A stretch of DNA of 64,000 nt, taken from positions 63,178,001 through 63,242,000 of the forward strand of contig NC_043000.1 in assembly GCF_006345805.1 (NCBI RefSeq), given 5' to 3'. The notes below the pieces were generated by a model. It was not told the DNA's origin, did no database searches, and was given only the letters and a program-made list of their open reading frames with translations. Position 1 is the first letter of the stretch. Each line of letters starts with the position of its first letter. The stretch is from Octopus sinensis (Eukaryota). This document shows, one piece after another, positions 14,798 to 27,510 of this stretch. The position numbers and the translations under genes are program-made.

Positions 14798-16045
14798 CAA
14801 AATCTGTCCAAAAAACAAAGTGGACTGTAAGCGGGTTTTTAAACCCGACCATCAATCAGCCAGAATAACAGGTTTGTGACTGCAATGATGCGTATAGGTA
14901 AACATGACCTTCAGTTTGATAATAATCACATCATGCCACATCAGTTAGTCACTGATCTACATGTGCTAGAGTGAATGTATGTCTAGTGAACTTGAATGAT
15001 TGTTGAAAGCTGAACAATGAATGAATTGCAAGAGCATAGCACTTGTGTGAAATTCTATTTCAAAGTGAGCAAAACTTTAACAGAGACATTTCTAATGCTA
15101 CAACAGGATGATGGGAATGTTTGAGCTGCTTGCCTTGTCGCAAGTTGCATCCATGTTACAGACTGGAGAAGAATATCCACCAAAGAACATTCCGAATCCG
15201 GATGACCTTACAAAACAACAGACATTGATCACATTGCAAAGACAGATGTTGTGAACCATAAAAACTTTTGTCTGACTATCCATGAATCTATGAACTTTCT
15301 AAAGAAGGGGCATCTTTAAAAGATAATGCCACATGATTTTGAAAACAAAATTTAAGATGCATCCTGATGCCACATTTGTTAGCAAAAAAAAAAAAATAGA
15401 ATCTAATCACTCAAATAATGATGAATTACAGGTGTACAGGCTATGATGTCCAAGCAAAAAGGTAGTCATTGCAGTGGGTTGGATGATCATCATTGCAACA
15501 ACAGAAAATATGCGAGCAACAATAAAATGTGAAAGTGATGCTGATCATCTTTTTGGATTGATGGATGTCATCCACCATGTGTTTGTTCCAAGTAGTCATA
15601 CAACCATTAAAGTATTTTTACTGGAAAGTCTTGAAGCATATCAGAGAAGCAAGGCAAAAGAAGAGGCTACAGGTATGAACAAACAAAACCAGGATGCTGC
15701 ACTTGCATCTGCTCATGCATTACTGCTTATTAGAAGCTGTAAGCAAAAACACAAGAAAACTCAGCCTCCAGAGTTGACCCAGCATACTATTTTTCCATTC
15801 ACAAAATCAATATCCACTCATCTGAAAGGTCACCAATTTAAAAAGAGAAAAAATTCAAGAAAATCTGCTATGAGAACTGTGCACAACACTTGAAAATGCT
15901 TTGAGAAGATATTTTATAATTGGAAAAAGAATCAGAAACAACACATCATAAATTAAAGGAATCATTTTGAAGGATTCAGTTTTTATTAAATTGTAAATTA
16001 TAACTTAGTTTCTTAAAAGAGCAGTTTATTTTTGGACAGACTTTA
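14798..16045 (+). mobile_element. Full-length decayed mariner (Tc1/mariner) DNA transposon
   Basis: TIRs caaaatctgtccaaaaa and rc of tttttggacagacttta, both flanked by TA; 1248 bp. Broken transposase: MNELQEHSTCVKFYFKVSKTLTETFLMLQQ (HTH start, ATG 15017), DVIHHVFVP (cf. GIVHHEFVP), HLKGHQF, and a C-terminal HFEG-like motif. Confidence 0.88.
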
Positions 16046-16557
16046 TAGTTAACTGAATCAATGTTCCTATGTTATTATTGCACAGGTTTATCAACTCCAG
16101 AATAATATAAAGGTTGAGTTGTCCTTGACAATATTTGAATTTAGTGTATAGAGGAAGAATGCTAAATATAATACTGTGCTTAGCTGGCCACTCTGCATTG
16201 CTGGCCCAAATATTGCAGTAATTTATTCAAGCAATAGTAATATACAATATATATATATATATATATATATAAACTCAATAGATATTATTGATTCAAATTA
16301 ATAATAATTTTCATTTTATGTGAAACCAAATTCAAAATAAAGCAAACACCCCACATCACTAATAATGATGAAAGAGTTCCAATAACTTTGAGTCTAGAGA
16401 AAAAGAGAAGAGAAAAAAAACATCTCCAATGATAAAAATATTAAAATGGAAACCCACTGAAATATAACTATAAGAGACAATATATATATGTATATTAAAA
16501 TTATATATATATCAATAAATAATAAATAACATATAGCATAGATATATTTATATATAC

Positions 16558-17540
16558 ATGCATATATGGGTACAGGATATATGTTATTTGCACCAATGGT
16601 GCAAATAACATGAAATACATTTTAAAAAATGAGAGAAAAATGTGTGAAATACATAAATGAGAAAAAAATGGAGGACAAGGTAACACAGAGAAAGGACCCT
16701 TCATTAGTCATCAGCTGTCTGGCTCATTTCAAGCATTCAACGACAATATGCTTATTTCGAGCATTCAATGACAATATGAGTCTTCAAAGACAGTTGCTCC
16801 CATAAATTCTAAAATAAAATTTAGGATTTATAGAGAACAAAAAAAATGACAATGGAGACATACATGGAAATCAAACATGGTGAGTCATTAGACTAGAACA
16901 AGAGGAAAATAGTGAATGCTGAGAGAAACTTTTTTTTTTGAAAAGAGAAAAGATAGAAGAAACAGAGAAAAACACGTCCGATCATTTGAATGTCCATGCA
17001 GGAAAAGAAAGATGGACGATGGTTACATGTGAGCAACGAGAGAGAGAGAGAAAGAGAAAGGGGAAAAGAGAACACACACAGATAGAAAACGGTGAAGGAG
17101 GGAGCAGGAGAAAAAGGAAATTAGAGGAGAATTGATGAAGAAAGTAGTAGAGTAGAGAGTAGCATCAAAAACTTACTTGGAAATAGATACATCGGTTTCC
17201 TTGTATGTCTGCACTGTCATTTTTCTGTTCCCAACTTTTTTGTTCCCAACCTTGAATGTCTGCACTATCATCTTTTTATTCCTAACTTTGACCCTCGATA
17301 AATCCTAAATTTTATTTTGGAATTTATGGGAGCAACTGTCTTTGAAGTCTCATCTTGTCATTCAATGCTCGAAAAAAGTAGTAGAGACAGCTGACAACTG
17401 ATGTAGGGTCCTTTCTCTGTGTTAACTTGTCCTGTTTTCCATGTTTATCTCATTTACGCATTTCACTTGTTTTCCTCTCGTTTGTTTATGTATTTTAAGC
17501 TATTTGCACCATTGGTGACGTTCTGCACCCATATATGCAT

Positions 17541-17545
<5 letters not shown>
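16558..17545. repeat. Inverted pair of a ~330-bp dispersed repeat (16558-16870 and 17190-17545) with a purine-rich spacer
   Basis: Shared blocks aacacagagaaaggaccct, ttcaaagacagttgctcccataaatt and atgcatatatggg in opposite orientation. Confidence 0.9.
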
Positions 17546-17579
<34 letters not shown>

Positions 17580-17580
17580 T

Positions 17581-17919
17581 ATAAATTAAATTAGAGATAA
17601 AACCACTATTAGGCAAATCAAACAGTGAAAAACATAAACCAAAATATAAAAATAAAAATAATTAATATAATATACAAAATATATAAAATATAAAATTTTA
17701 AAATTTAAATTATTTAAAATTAAAATTATTAATTTATATTGATAAATTTTTATATTTTATATATATATATGTTTTTTTATAATTTTAATTTTAAATTTAA
17801 ATAATTTAAATTTTATATATTTTGTATATTATATTAATTATTTTTATTTTTATGTTTTGGTATATGTTTTTTCACTGTTTGATTTGCCTAATAGTGGTTT
17901 TATCTCTAATTTAATTTAT
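17581..17919. repeat. Near-perfect AT-rich palindrome (~340 bp)
   Basis: ataaattaaattagagataaaaccactattaggcaaatcaaacagtgaaaaa is mirrored exactly at 17868-17919, and pairing continues for over 100 further bp with few mismatches. Confidence 0.92.
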
Positions 17920-17994
17920 ATTTATACTGTGAAATTAGATTTAAGCCTAAATCTAATTTTTCCCTGTAAGTTTGGATTTACTCCCTAAATTATT

Positions 17995-18004
17995 ATTATG
18001 TATA

Positions 18005-18044
<40 letters not shown>

Positions 18045-18129
18045 TATATATATACATAAATATATATACATATATATATACACACACACACACACATATA
18101 TATATGCACATGCACACACACATATATAT

Positions 18130-18180
<51 letters not shown>
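17995..18180. repeat. (TA)n/(CA)n microsatellite
   Basis: Direct observation. Confidence 0.95.
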
Positions 18181-18540
18181 ATCAAGTAAAGGTAATAAAC
18201 CTCATTAAGGGATCATAAATCCAATGAAAATACTGGTTAGTTACCTATCTATTGAAAGTTCAACTATAAGGTGACCATACAAAAGGTTTATAGCCATTAT
18301 CTCAACATGTATTTCTAATCGGTATGTCTTTACCACCTCTGAAGAGATTCATCTTATAATGATTTTAATTTTATAAATTAATTATCTAAAGATTTCTGAA
18401 TCGAAACAGTTGTCAGAGATGTTGTCATATTTTATAATTAATAAATAATTTTATTAATTACCTCTCCATTTTCTCATTCTTTATATATATATATTGTATA
18501 TTATTCATTATTTAATTGAACACAAGTCATCCATTCCCAA

Positions 18541-18581
<41 letters not shown>

Positions 18582-19469
18582 CAGTAAGAGGTGAGTATAT
18601 GTCACAAGGTATGAAGTGTAAACATTTCAAATGATATTCCTGTTTCAGTAGGATATTTTCTTCTGTAACGGAGGAGGCACGCAAAAGCAGTGTTGTGAGT
18701 AAAAATAAAATTTAGATCAGCTCAAATGTGTATGAGATATAGTTGACCTGTACAAAGAGCGTATTCACTGCTGTTTGCTGTTGACAAGAATTCTCACTTT
18801 AGGTAACATGTATAAAAAAAAAAAACATCATCACCACCACCAACAACAAGACCTATTGCCTGAAGCAAGAGTTCTTCTCAATAGCAAACAGAAGTGAATA
18901 AGGCCTTTGCACTGGTGAAATATGTCCCAAACATATTTCAACTGATTCAAATGATCATTTCCTTTAATCATGATAATTAATTAGGGATTCCTTAATCAAA
19001 AATGCAATGGTATAATTCTTAGTATATTTGTTTCGTCAAGAATTGAATAACATTGAACATTTGTTTTGCTGGGAGATGACATGATAAAAACAAGTGTTTA
19101 TTTATCTATTTTATTTATTTTTTTTTTTTGCTAGTTTAGATTTTAAAAATGCAGAATATAAATTAAATATATATTTTGATTTAGTGAAGAGATTAGCCAA
19201 GTGTTTTCTGGGAACATTTTTGACAGAATCCAATTTCATGTATTCTTTTATATGTTCTGTTATATATTTTCATCTTTTATTAATATTTTTGGCAGTGAAG
19301 AGTTTTAAAATTATAAGTGAAAGAAACTTCTCAATCAAGAAAAATGGTAAAAGAAAGAATAATAAAATAAGATATAATTCTCCATGCTATTTCAATGTTA
19401 AAAAAATTAAATATAACAATAATTAAAAGAATCATCTAAAGATGGAAGGCATCTAATGTCTCCCAACCG

Positions 19470-19580
19470 ATATAGCTGCTACGTGAACACCACAGCATGC
19501 CAAAACATTGGATGAAAACAAAAACGCAAGGATAAAATAAGTACGTGACGTACGAAAATGAAAGGAAAAATTGCAATATG
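19470..19580 (+). promoter_or_regulatory. Possible promoter patch with near-palindromic GTACGTGACGTAC (CRE-like TGACGT) at 19541-19553
   Basis: Cluster of CpG/ACGT motifs in CpG-poor DNA just upstream of the putative plus-strand exon. Confidence 0.25.
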
Positions 19581-19792
19581 AAACAAAGAGCACGCACACA
19601 CAAAAAGACTAGCACTGATAGCTACAGAAAACTATGTAAGAAGTATAATGAACAGGATGCAATTTTACCTGCCCGAGCCAATCCAGTATCGGAACCATCA
19701 GCATTGGCTTTAGAAAAGATACAATAGATGGTTACACAGCAGAAGGAGCAAAAGAGGCAAGTCAAAAGAAATCATTTCAAAGAATATTACAG
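19578..19792 (+). CDS. Putative first exon of an antisense/nested ORF: 49 codons, TAG (19725-19727), then ATG 19728 MVTQQKEQKRQVKRNHFKEYY + ag
   Basis: Consensus donor cag|gtaagt at 19792/19793. The frame is open from 19536 except for one TAG. CpG is locally retained. No homology recognised. Confidence 0.35.
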
Positions 19793-20050
19793 GTAAGTTA
19801 TACAAGAAGTTTTAGAAAAACAAAGGATTTGTAAAATCAAAAAAAGAAGAGAGGATTTGTTAAAATAAGATATTTTCTGATAAGCAATCAAACTACATGT
19901 TACCATTATTTTTTTAAGTCATAGTATTACATTATCTCATACTCATGACAGAAGAGGATATTACAAAATAAGAATCAATGATGTTATCCTTTTTAAATTA
20001 GGCCCCATAATAAAGTAGAGATCATATGTAATGTTATAACAGGTGAAGTG

Positions 20051-20089
<39 letters not shown>

Positions 20090-20455
20090 GTGTCCATCAC
20101 CCATTATGTTATAACATCACATATGATCACTACCTTTATATATTTTTTCAAGATTTTCTGAGTGGCCAAAAAATTGTGATACATCTTCTCTGAATCCCAA
20201 AACACTCCACTACAAGTTTCCCAATAACAAAAAGGAAAAAAACAAAAGAAAACAAAAAGGCTTTTAAATAAATAGCTGAAAAGTTATTTACATAACGCGT
20301 TTCAGTTTTTCTGAAAAAATATGATATCTCAGATAATATAAATGTACATATACATGAGTGTATATATAGGAATGTCTGTGCGTAAGAGTATGACAATATA
20401 TACATCCATTTATTGATGATGATATATTTATATATGTATGTTCCAATGATGATTG

Positions 20456-20514
<59 letters not shown>

Positions 20515-21109
20515 ATTATGGGGATGATGATGTTGCGCACACAAGGTAGTTGCACCATTTTGATAGCAATTAGGTAAAAAGAATTTGCTCAGCAGAGTAA
20601 TGTAGAGTGTCATAACATTTATTTAAAGTTGTTGTGTGACAGTTGCTTCTTTGAGTTTCATGTTCCTGTATCTTAACTAATTATAAAATATTTGATGCTT
20701 GTTTTTACACACACATACACACTTGTTGGGGCTATTCAATTTTGATAAAAGCCACCTATACATAAGCAATAGGTTCCACCTAGATATTTTATACATCATC
20801 TATCCATTTGTTTGTGCCATGCCAAGGGGGTTCCAACAGAAACTGAACTGCCCCAACTGGTGTATGAAACTCCGAGTAGCAACACAGATTTGAATCAAAA
20901 CATATATATAGGAAGAGCAACTAGCCATAGAAACCAAAACAAAAATCAAATATACAAGTGGGACATGGTTATGCAATGCATCTAGTGACACTGAATAAGA
21001 GTTTAGTGACACTGAATAAGAACTAACTTGGATTATGACCTGCTCAATTCATGCAAGAATGGAAAGCACCTTTAAAATGATGATGATTGTGATATGTGTG
21101 TGTGTGAGT

Positions 21110-21220
21110 GTGTGTAGATAGATAGACATGTTGATAGGTAGGTAGGTAGGTAGGTATGTGGGCATGTAGGTAGGTATGTGGGCATGTAGGTAGGTAAGTA
21201 GGTAGGTAGGTAGGTTGTAG
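21110..21220. repeat. (GATA)/(GGTA)n tetranucleotide repeat
   Basis: Direct observation; (GGAT)/(GATA)n also occurs at 888-940. Confidence 0.92.
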
Positions 21221-21224
21221 GCAC

Positions 21225-21610
21225 ATGTATAGTTATGAGGTTAAGAAGCTCGCTTTGCTATCATGTGGATTTAGGTTCAGTTCTACTGCAGAGCACCATG
21301 GGCAAGTCTCCTCTACTATAGCCCTAGGCTAACCAATGCATTGTGGGTGAATCTTGTAGACAGAAACCATGTGGAAAATTGTGTGTATGTGCATGCATGT
21401 GCATTTGTCCAGCCCCACCACACACACTGCTTGACAACAGGTGTTGCTTTATTTACAGCCCCATAACTTCATTGTTTACCACAAAAGACTATTAGAGTGA
21501 GTACCAGACAAAAAGAAAAATTAATATGGCAAACTTTTCAACTAAACTGTGCAATGTGGTGCCCCAGCATGACTGCGTGGCCACAGTCTTCTGTGTAAAC
21601 AAGTAAAAAT
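21225..21610 (+). mobile_element. SINE family A, diverged
   Basis: ttaagaagctcgct...ttgggcaag...gtgccccagcatg. Confidence 0.8.
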
Positions 21611-21639
21611 AAATATATATATATATATATATTACAAGT

Positions 21640-22016
21640 GTGATCATTGACAGAGCAGCTAACCGGCTTCCGTGCCAGTGACACTTAAAAGGCACCATTC
21701 AAGTGTGATCATTACCAGCGTCGCCTTAAAGAGCACCACCCGAGCGTGATCGTTGCCAGAACGGATATCTGACCTCCATGCCGGTGGCATGTAAAAGACA
21801 CCATTCGAGCGTGATCATTATCAGCATCGCCTTATTGGCACCTGTGCCGGTGGCATGTGTAAAAGACTCGAGCGAGGTCAATGCCAGTACCGCCTGACTG
21901 GCCCCATAATGGTGGCATGTAAAAGCACTCACTACACTCTCAGAGTGGTTGGCGCCAGCCCTCAGTCATTTGTCCAACCCATGCTAGCATGGAAAGCGGA
22001 CATTAAACGATGATGA

Positions 22017-22020
<4 letters not shown>
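21640..22020 (+). mobile_element. RTE-tail element (family D): ~60-bp tandem units, shared 3' end, (GAT)n
   Basis: Matches 24570-24985. Confidence 0.85.
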
Positions 22021-22075
<55 letters not shown>

Positions 22076-22896
22076 CAATGAGAGAGAGAAAGAAAGATTG
22101 AACCAATAGACTGTATGAATCAAGCATCAAAATCACATAGTTCTTTCAGTTCTATTAATGTACTCTCCAATAATATCTGGCTTGACATCTATCTATTAAA
22201 GTTTAATGTTTGTTGTTTTTAAGCCTTGTCATGTCTTTTCTTGCACACCTATAATTAAACACATTCCAGCAACAAACAACTTGTCCTTTTATGTTATCAG
22301 TTGTTTGTGTTCTTTTCTCAAGATGGTAGGATGAGATTTAAAAGAGAGAGAGAGAGGGGGGGATTTAGTTGATATTTCCAGCAGGCTGAGCAATAATTTT
22401 AATTATTATTAACAAAAAAAATTTCGTTTTAGTGACATAGGAATTTCTAGTTGTGTAGGTTAAAGGTATTAGTTGTCTCTGATGCCATATAGAAAATAGC
22501 ATGAAACCTCTTTAATAATAGCTTACTGATTTGAAATCAATGATGTGAAAGTTTTATGCTCACAGCAGATTTATACTCTTCATTATGTCTATTAATAGCA
22601 TCAGGAAACTATACAGACATCCATTTTAAGTTAGTTTTTCATAGATTCTAAAGAGAAGAATGTAAAGGAGAATAGTGTAATTCATCTGTTGAACAGCTTG
22701 TACAAGTATAAATAAATGTTTATCCTTTTACATTGCTGCTAGAAAGTTTAATTTCCAGCACTGTATGCTGTTGGTACAATCTGTTGTTTATTGGTTAACT
22801 GCTGGAAGCTCAGATAACAGATATAAATTGAATAAATGCAAACTTTACACTATAATAGTGTTTCCTTTTTCTTTCTATTTTTTCTTTTTTTATCAG

Positions 22897-22960
22897 GAAG
22901 GAAGAAACTAATGAAATGTCAACAGAGATTTTCTCCAAAGATAAGCTAAAGAATTTTAAG
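22897..22960 (+). CDS. Putative exon 2 of the nested ORF: (R)KEETNEMSTEIFSKDKLKNFK
   Basis: ~30-nt polypyrimidine tract ending tatcag|g. Phase 2 matches the upstream donor and the frame is open. Weak donor aag|gtttca; without splicing it reads V-S-stop. Confidence 0.3.
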
Positions 22961-23144
22961 GTTTCATAAAGATTATATTTTTACTAACATGAGATATAGC
23001 AGAATTTCAGAATCTTTAGGCAACAGTTTCGTGATATAGTGAAATGTTTTTGACAAACTCAACTAAATTTGTCAGTTAATTATGGAAAAGTCTGCTTCAA
23101 CATAATAATTTCATTATAGAAAATAATTGATTTTTCTTCTCAAG

Positions 23145-23204
23145 GAGGTGGAAGGAAGAAATGATGTTTCCAAAGCAGATTTATATTTTCTGCTAATTAT
23201 TTAA
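23145..23204 (+). CDS. Putative exon 3 of the nested ORF: EVEGRNDVSKADLYFLLII*
   Basis: Acceptor ttttcttctcaag|gag; phase 0 is compatible with exon 2. Confidence 0.2.
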   Translation, partial: EVEGRNDVSKADLYFLLII

Positions 23205-23429
23205 TTTTGTCTATGTGTATGACTTCTAATATAGTAGTATAGGTGTGTGATTAAGAATTTCACTTTACAACTATATGGCTCTGAGTTCAATTTCACAGCA
23301 CATCATCTTGGGCAAATGATTTCAGTTGTGTGGCGGGAAATTGATGAGTAGAGACAGTACAGGAGCCACGTGTGCATGTGTGTATATGTGTGTGCGCGTG
23401 CATGCATGTGTCTTTCACCAATGTATCTT

Positions 23430-23790
23430 CATCCTTTTTTATCTTTTTCTCATTTCAGTCATTTGACTATGGCCATGTTGGGGCACCACCTTGAAGAGTT
23501 CAAACAAAGCCTAGTACAGGTTTCTAAGCCTGGTACTTATTCTATCATTTTCTTTTGTTGAACCATAGAGTTAAGGGGACTTAAACAAATCGATACCAGT
23601 TATCAAGCAGTGGTTAGGGACAAACACAATCTGGGAGATACATAGACATATATGACAGGCTTCTTTTAGTTTCCATCTACAAAATCCATTTCCAAGGCTT
23701 TGGGTACACTAGAGGCTATAGTAGAAAATGCTTGCCAAAGGTGCTATGGAGTGGGACTGAACCAGTAACCATGTAGTTAGGAAGCAAGCT
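23430..23790 (-). mobile_element. SINE family A; a plus-strand head fragment precedes it at ~23240-23330
   Basis: tttcagtcatttgactatggccatg...ggcttcttttagtttccatctac. Confidence 0.85.
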
Positions 23791-24044
23791 GTGGTTTATT
23801 AAAGGATATATATTTTTTTGACAAACTAAGAGCTACAAAACAGAAAATAAAATGGTGATTTAAGAATGAAGTCCATTGAGATACTTGCTTTAAATCAAGT
23901 TACAGGCACTACATTGTCATTTTTACAAAGGAAATGCATTATAAAGCTGTAACCAACAACTGTTGTTTATAAACTCTGTTATAAAATGTAAAAATAAATA
24001 CCTAGATTTCAAATAGCCTTATGTTATATTTGCACACCACAACC

Positions 24045-24985
24045 ATCAGTTGTGGTGTGCAAGAGAGACGATTGCGCTGGTATGGTCATGTGGCGAGAAT
24101 GCATGAGGATAGCTGTGTGAAAAAGTGCCACACCCTAGTGGTTGAGGGAACCTGTGGAAGAGGTAGACCCAGGAAAACCTGGGATGAGGTGGTGAAGCAC
24201 AACCTTCATACATTAGACCTCACCAAGGCAATGACTAGTGACCGAGACCATTGGAAATATGCTGTGTGTGAGAAGACCTAGTAAGACAAGTGAGACCATA
24301 ACTGGTGGCCTTTACCAGGGGTGTAGCCAGCCCACTTATGAGTACCTTTCCTTTGGACACAAACTCTGCTTGCGAAAACCTGTTGAGGCAAATGAAATCG
24401 AAATCAAAATCAAAATTGAATTCGAAATCGAACCAAATTCGACTGGCACCCATGCCAACCTTCCTTCATTGGACACTAAACTCTGCTTGCGAAGACCTGT
24501 TGGGGCAAGTGAAATCAAAATTGAACCAAATTCGATGACTGGCACCCTTGCCAGTGAGTGCTAACAGCTCCATCCAAGTGGGATCACTGCCAGAGCAGCT
24601 GTCTGGCTTCCGTGCCAGTGGCGCGTAAATAGTACCATTTGAGCATGATCATTACTTGCGTTGCCTTACTGGAACTTGTGCCGGTGGGACGTGAACAAAA
24701 CATTCGAGCAAGGTCGTTGCCAGTGCCACTAGACTGACTCCTGTGCAGGTGGCACGTAAAAAACACCATTTGAGCGTGGCCGTTGCCAGTACTGCCAGAC
24801 TGGCCCTTGTGCCGGTAGCACATAAAAGCACCCACTACACTCTCGGAGTGGTTGGCGTTAGGAAGGGCATCCAGCTGTAGAAACTCTGCCAGATCAGATT
24901 GGAGCCTGGTGCAGTCATCTGGTTCGCCAGTCCTTAGTCAAATTGTCCAACCCATGCTAGCATGGAAAGCGGACGTTAAATGATG
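24045..24985 (+). mobile_element. 5'-truncated RTE-clade LINE: C-terminal ORF, 3'UTR with ~60-bp tandem units, (GAT)n tail
   Basis: VQERRLRWYGHVARMHEDSCVKKC...GRGRPRKTWDEVVKH; tail catgctagcatggaaagcggacgttaaatgatgat. Confidence 0.92.
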
Positions 24986-25015
24986 ATATACATACACACA
25001 TATATATATATACAT

Positions 25016-25048
<33 letters not shown>

Positions 25049-25249
25049 CATACATATGTACATATATATATTCACATATATATATATACATACACATATA
25101 TATATTCACATATATATATATACATACACATATATATATATACATATATATATATACATACACATATATATATATACATATATATATATACATACACATA
25201 TATATATATACATACACATATATATATATATATACACATATATATATAC

Positions 25250-25281
<32 letters not shown>

Positions 25282-25320
25282 GCATGTGCATATGCACACA
25301 CACATGCACAAACACATACA
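24985..25320. repeat. (TA)n/(CA)n compound satellite seeded at the RTE tail
   Basis: Direct observation. Confidence 0.95.
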
Positions 25321-25621
25321 GAGGCTTTCATTAATCAACTAAATGGAAATTTAATGCCAGTTTTAAGTAATGTCAAAATGATCGATGTTTTTGTTTTTTT
25401 TAAATCTAATTATGCAAACACCTGTTCTCAGTGAAGAAGCTTCTCTGGAAACAATACATAAAGCTCACAGGAAACAAAATTCCTAGAGAAGTTGGAGAAC
25501 CAACCATTTTCTAATTTCTAAGTGCTGAAGCACAACATTTTTATGACACACGCACTCTCTCTCTCTCTCTCTGCACATATATATATATACATTCTTCTTT
25601 GCTTTATCTTTTATCTTAACC

Positions 25622-27510
25622 CTTTTTCTGTCATGTACCCCACAACATAGACTAGTAATTAGCGACTTCGGGATCAGGGCTAGATGGATGCTCAGAAGAT
25701 GACCAGCATGGAGGAGAAAGGTCTGGAAGCTTAAAGATCCTGCGAATAGACATAGATTTAGAGACATATTACTCGAAGCCTTTGATGAAATAGAGGGGGA
25801 TATAGTATCACATGCTGTGGAAGACAACTGGAGGTTTGTATGGGACAACCTGCTGAGGACACTAACCAGATCTGTGGATGGTGCAAAGTCCCCTCTTAAC
25901 ACAAGGTAATATGGTGGGGGAACAATGTTATTGACAGGGCTATTAGGGAAAAGAAACAGGCTTGGAAGGACTGGAAGAACGATGGCAGCAGGGAATTGCA
26001 TCAGACTGCCAGAAGGGAAGCAAGGAGACAGGTTTATTTAGCCAGAGGGGAAGCAAATAAGAAAAAATTTGCCAATGTTCTACGCTGTGAGAACCAAAGA
26101 CTTGAGGTATTTCATGTTGCAAGACAGTGTGTGTGAGAGAGAATTTTGATGTCATAGGAGAGAAATGTGTCCACATGGATGATGATTTACTTGCATTAAA
26201 TGAGGCTGCAAAGAGAGAGGTTTGGAGACGCCACTATCAAAAGTTCCTAAATAAAAAGAATGAATGGGAGAAAGAGAGTCTACCAAATGCCGACCCAACA
26301 GAGGAACCAGCTATCCGAATTGACAGTACCTTGGTAGATAAAGCAATTAAGGGTATCAAGACAGGGAAAGCCCCCGGCCCTTCAGGAATCACTGCAGAGA
26401 TGCTCAATATATCTGGTGGTGTCGGCTATAGCCTAGTCACCCATATAGTTAACCAGGTGATACACGAAGGAGTCATCCCCGATGACTGGTGAAGCAGCAC
26501 TATAGTCAACTGCTACAAAGGTAAAGGTGACACATTAGATACAAATAATTACAGAGGTATCAAGTTGCTGGATCAGGTAATGAAGGTCATGGAGAGGATC
26601 ATAGCCCAACTAATTAGGGAGAAAGTCAGCCTAGATGAGATACAGTTTGGGTTTGTGCCAGGAAAAAGCACCACTATATTTCTGGTAAGACAGTTGGTAT
26701 GGTCATGTGTTGCAAATGAATGAGGACAGCTGTGTGAAAAAGTGTCACACCCTAGCAGTTGAGGGAACCTGTGGAAGAGGTAGACTCAGGAAAACCAGGG
26801 ATGAGGTGGTGAAGCACGACCTTCGAACATTGGGCCTTACCAAGGCAATGACTAGTGACTGAGACCTTTGGAGATATGCTGTGCTTGAGAAGACCCGACA
26901 AGCCAAGTGAGACCATAGCCCATGGCCTATGCCAGTGGGTGTAACCAGCCCACTTATGAATACTCCTCATTCATTGGACAATAAACTTTGCTTGCGAAGA
27001 CCTATTGAGGCAAGTGAAATCAAAATCCCTGATGCAGCCAAAGACAGTACTGCCTGATTGGCACTTGTGCCAGTGGAATGTTAAAAGCACATCTGATCAT
27101 TGCCAGGGCTACAGATCGGCTCCCATGCTGGTGGCACATAAAAAGCACCACTCAAGCATGATTGTTGCCAGCGTCTCCTTACCGGCACATATGCTGGTGG
27201 CATGTGAAAAACAACATTCGAGCATGGTCATTGCCAATGCCATCGGACTGGCTCCCATACAGGTAGCTTGTAAGAAACACCTTTTGAGCATGGTTGTTGC
27301 CAGAACCACCTCACTGGCCCTCATGCTGGTGGCATAAAAAGCATCCACTCCACTCTTGGAGTGGCTGGCATTAGGAAGGACATCCAGCTGTAGAAACTTT
27401 GCCAGATCAGAATGAGCCTGGTGCATCCATTGGCTCACCAGTCCTCAGTCAAACCTTCCAGCCCATGCCAGCATGGAAAGCGGACATTAAATGACGATGA
27501 TGATGATGAT
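25622..27510 (+). mobile_element. RTE-clade LINE with an internal deletion of the RT core
   Basis: GKAPGPSGITAEML...VIPDDW, NYRGIKLL...QFGFVPGKST...FLVRQL joined directly at ~26695 to WYGHV; same 3'UTR and tail as 24045. Confidence 0.92.

Noticed and set aside
20790-20890. Minus-strand peptide HTPVGAVQFLLEPP loosely resembling TPSQRVQFILG
   Set aside because: No suitable acceptor, the downstream residues do not match SLC4, and a stop follows soon.
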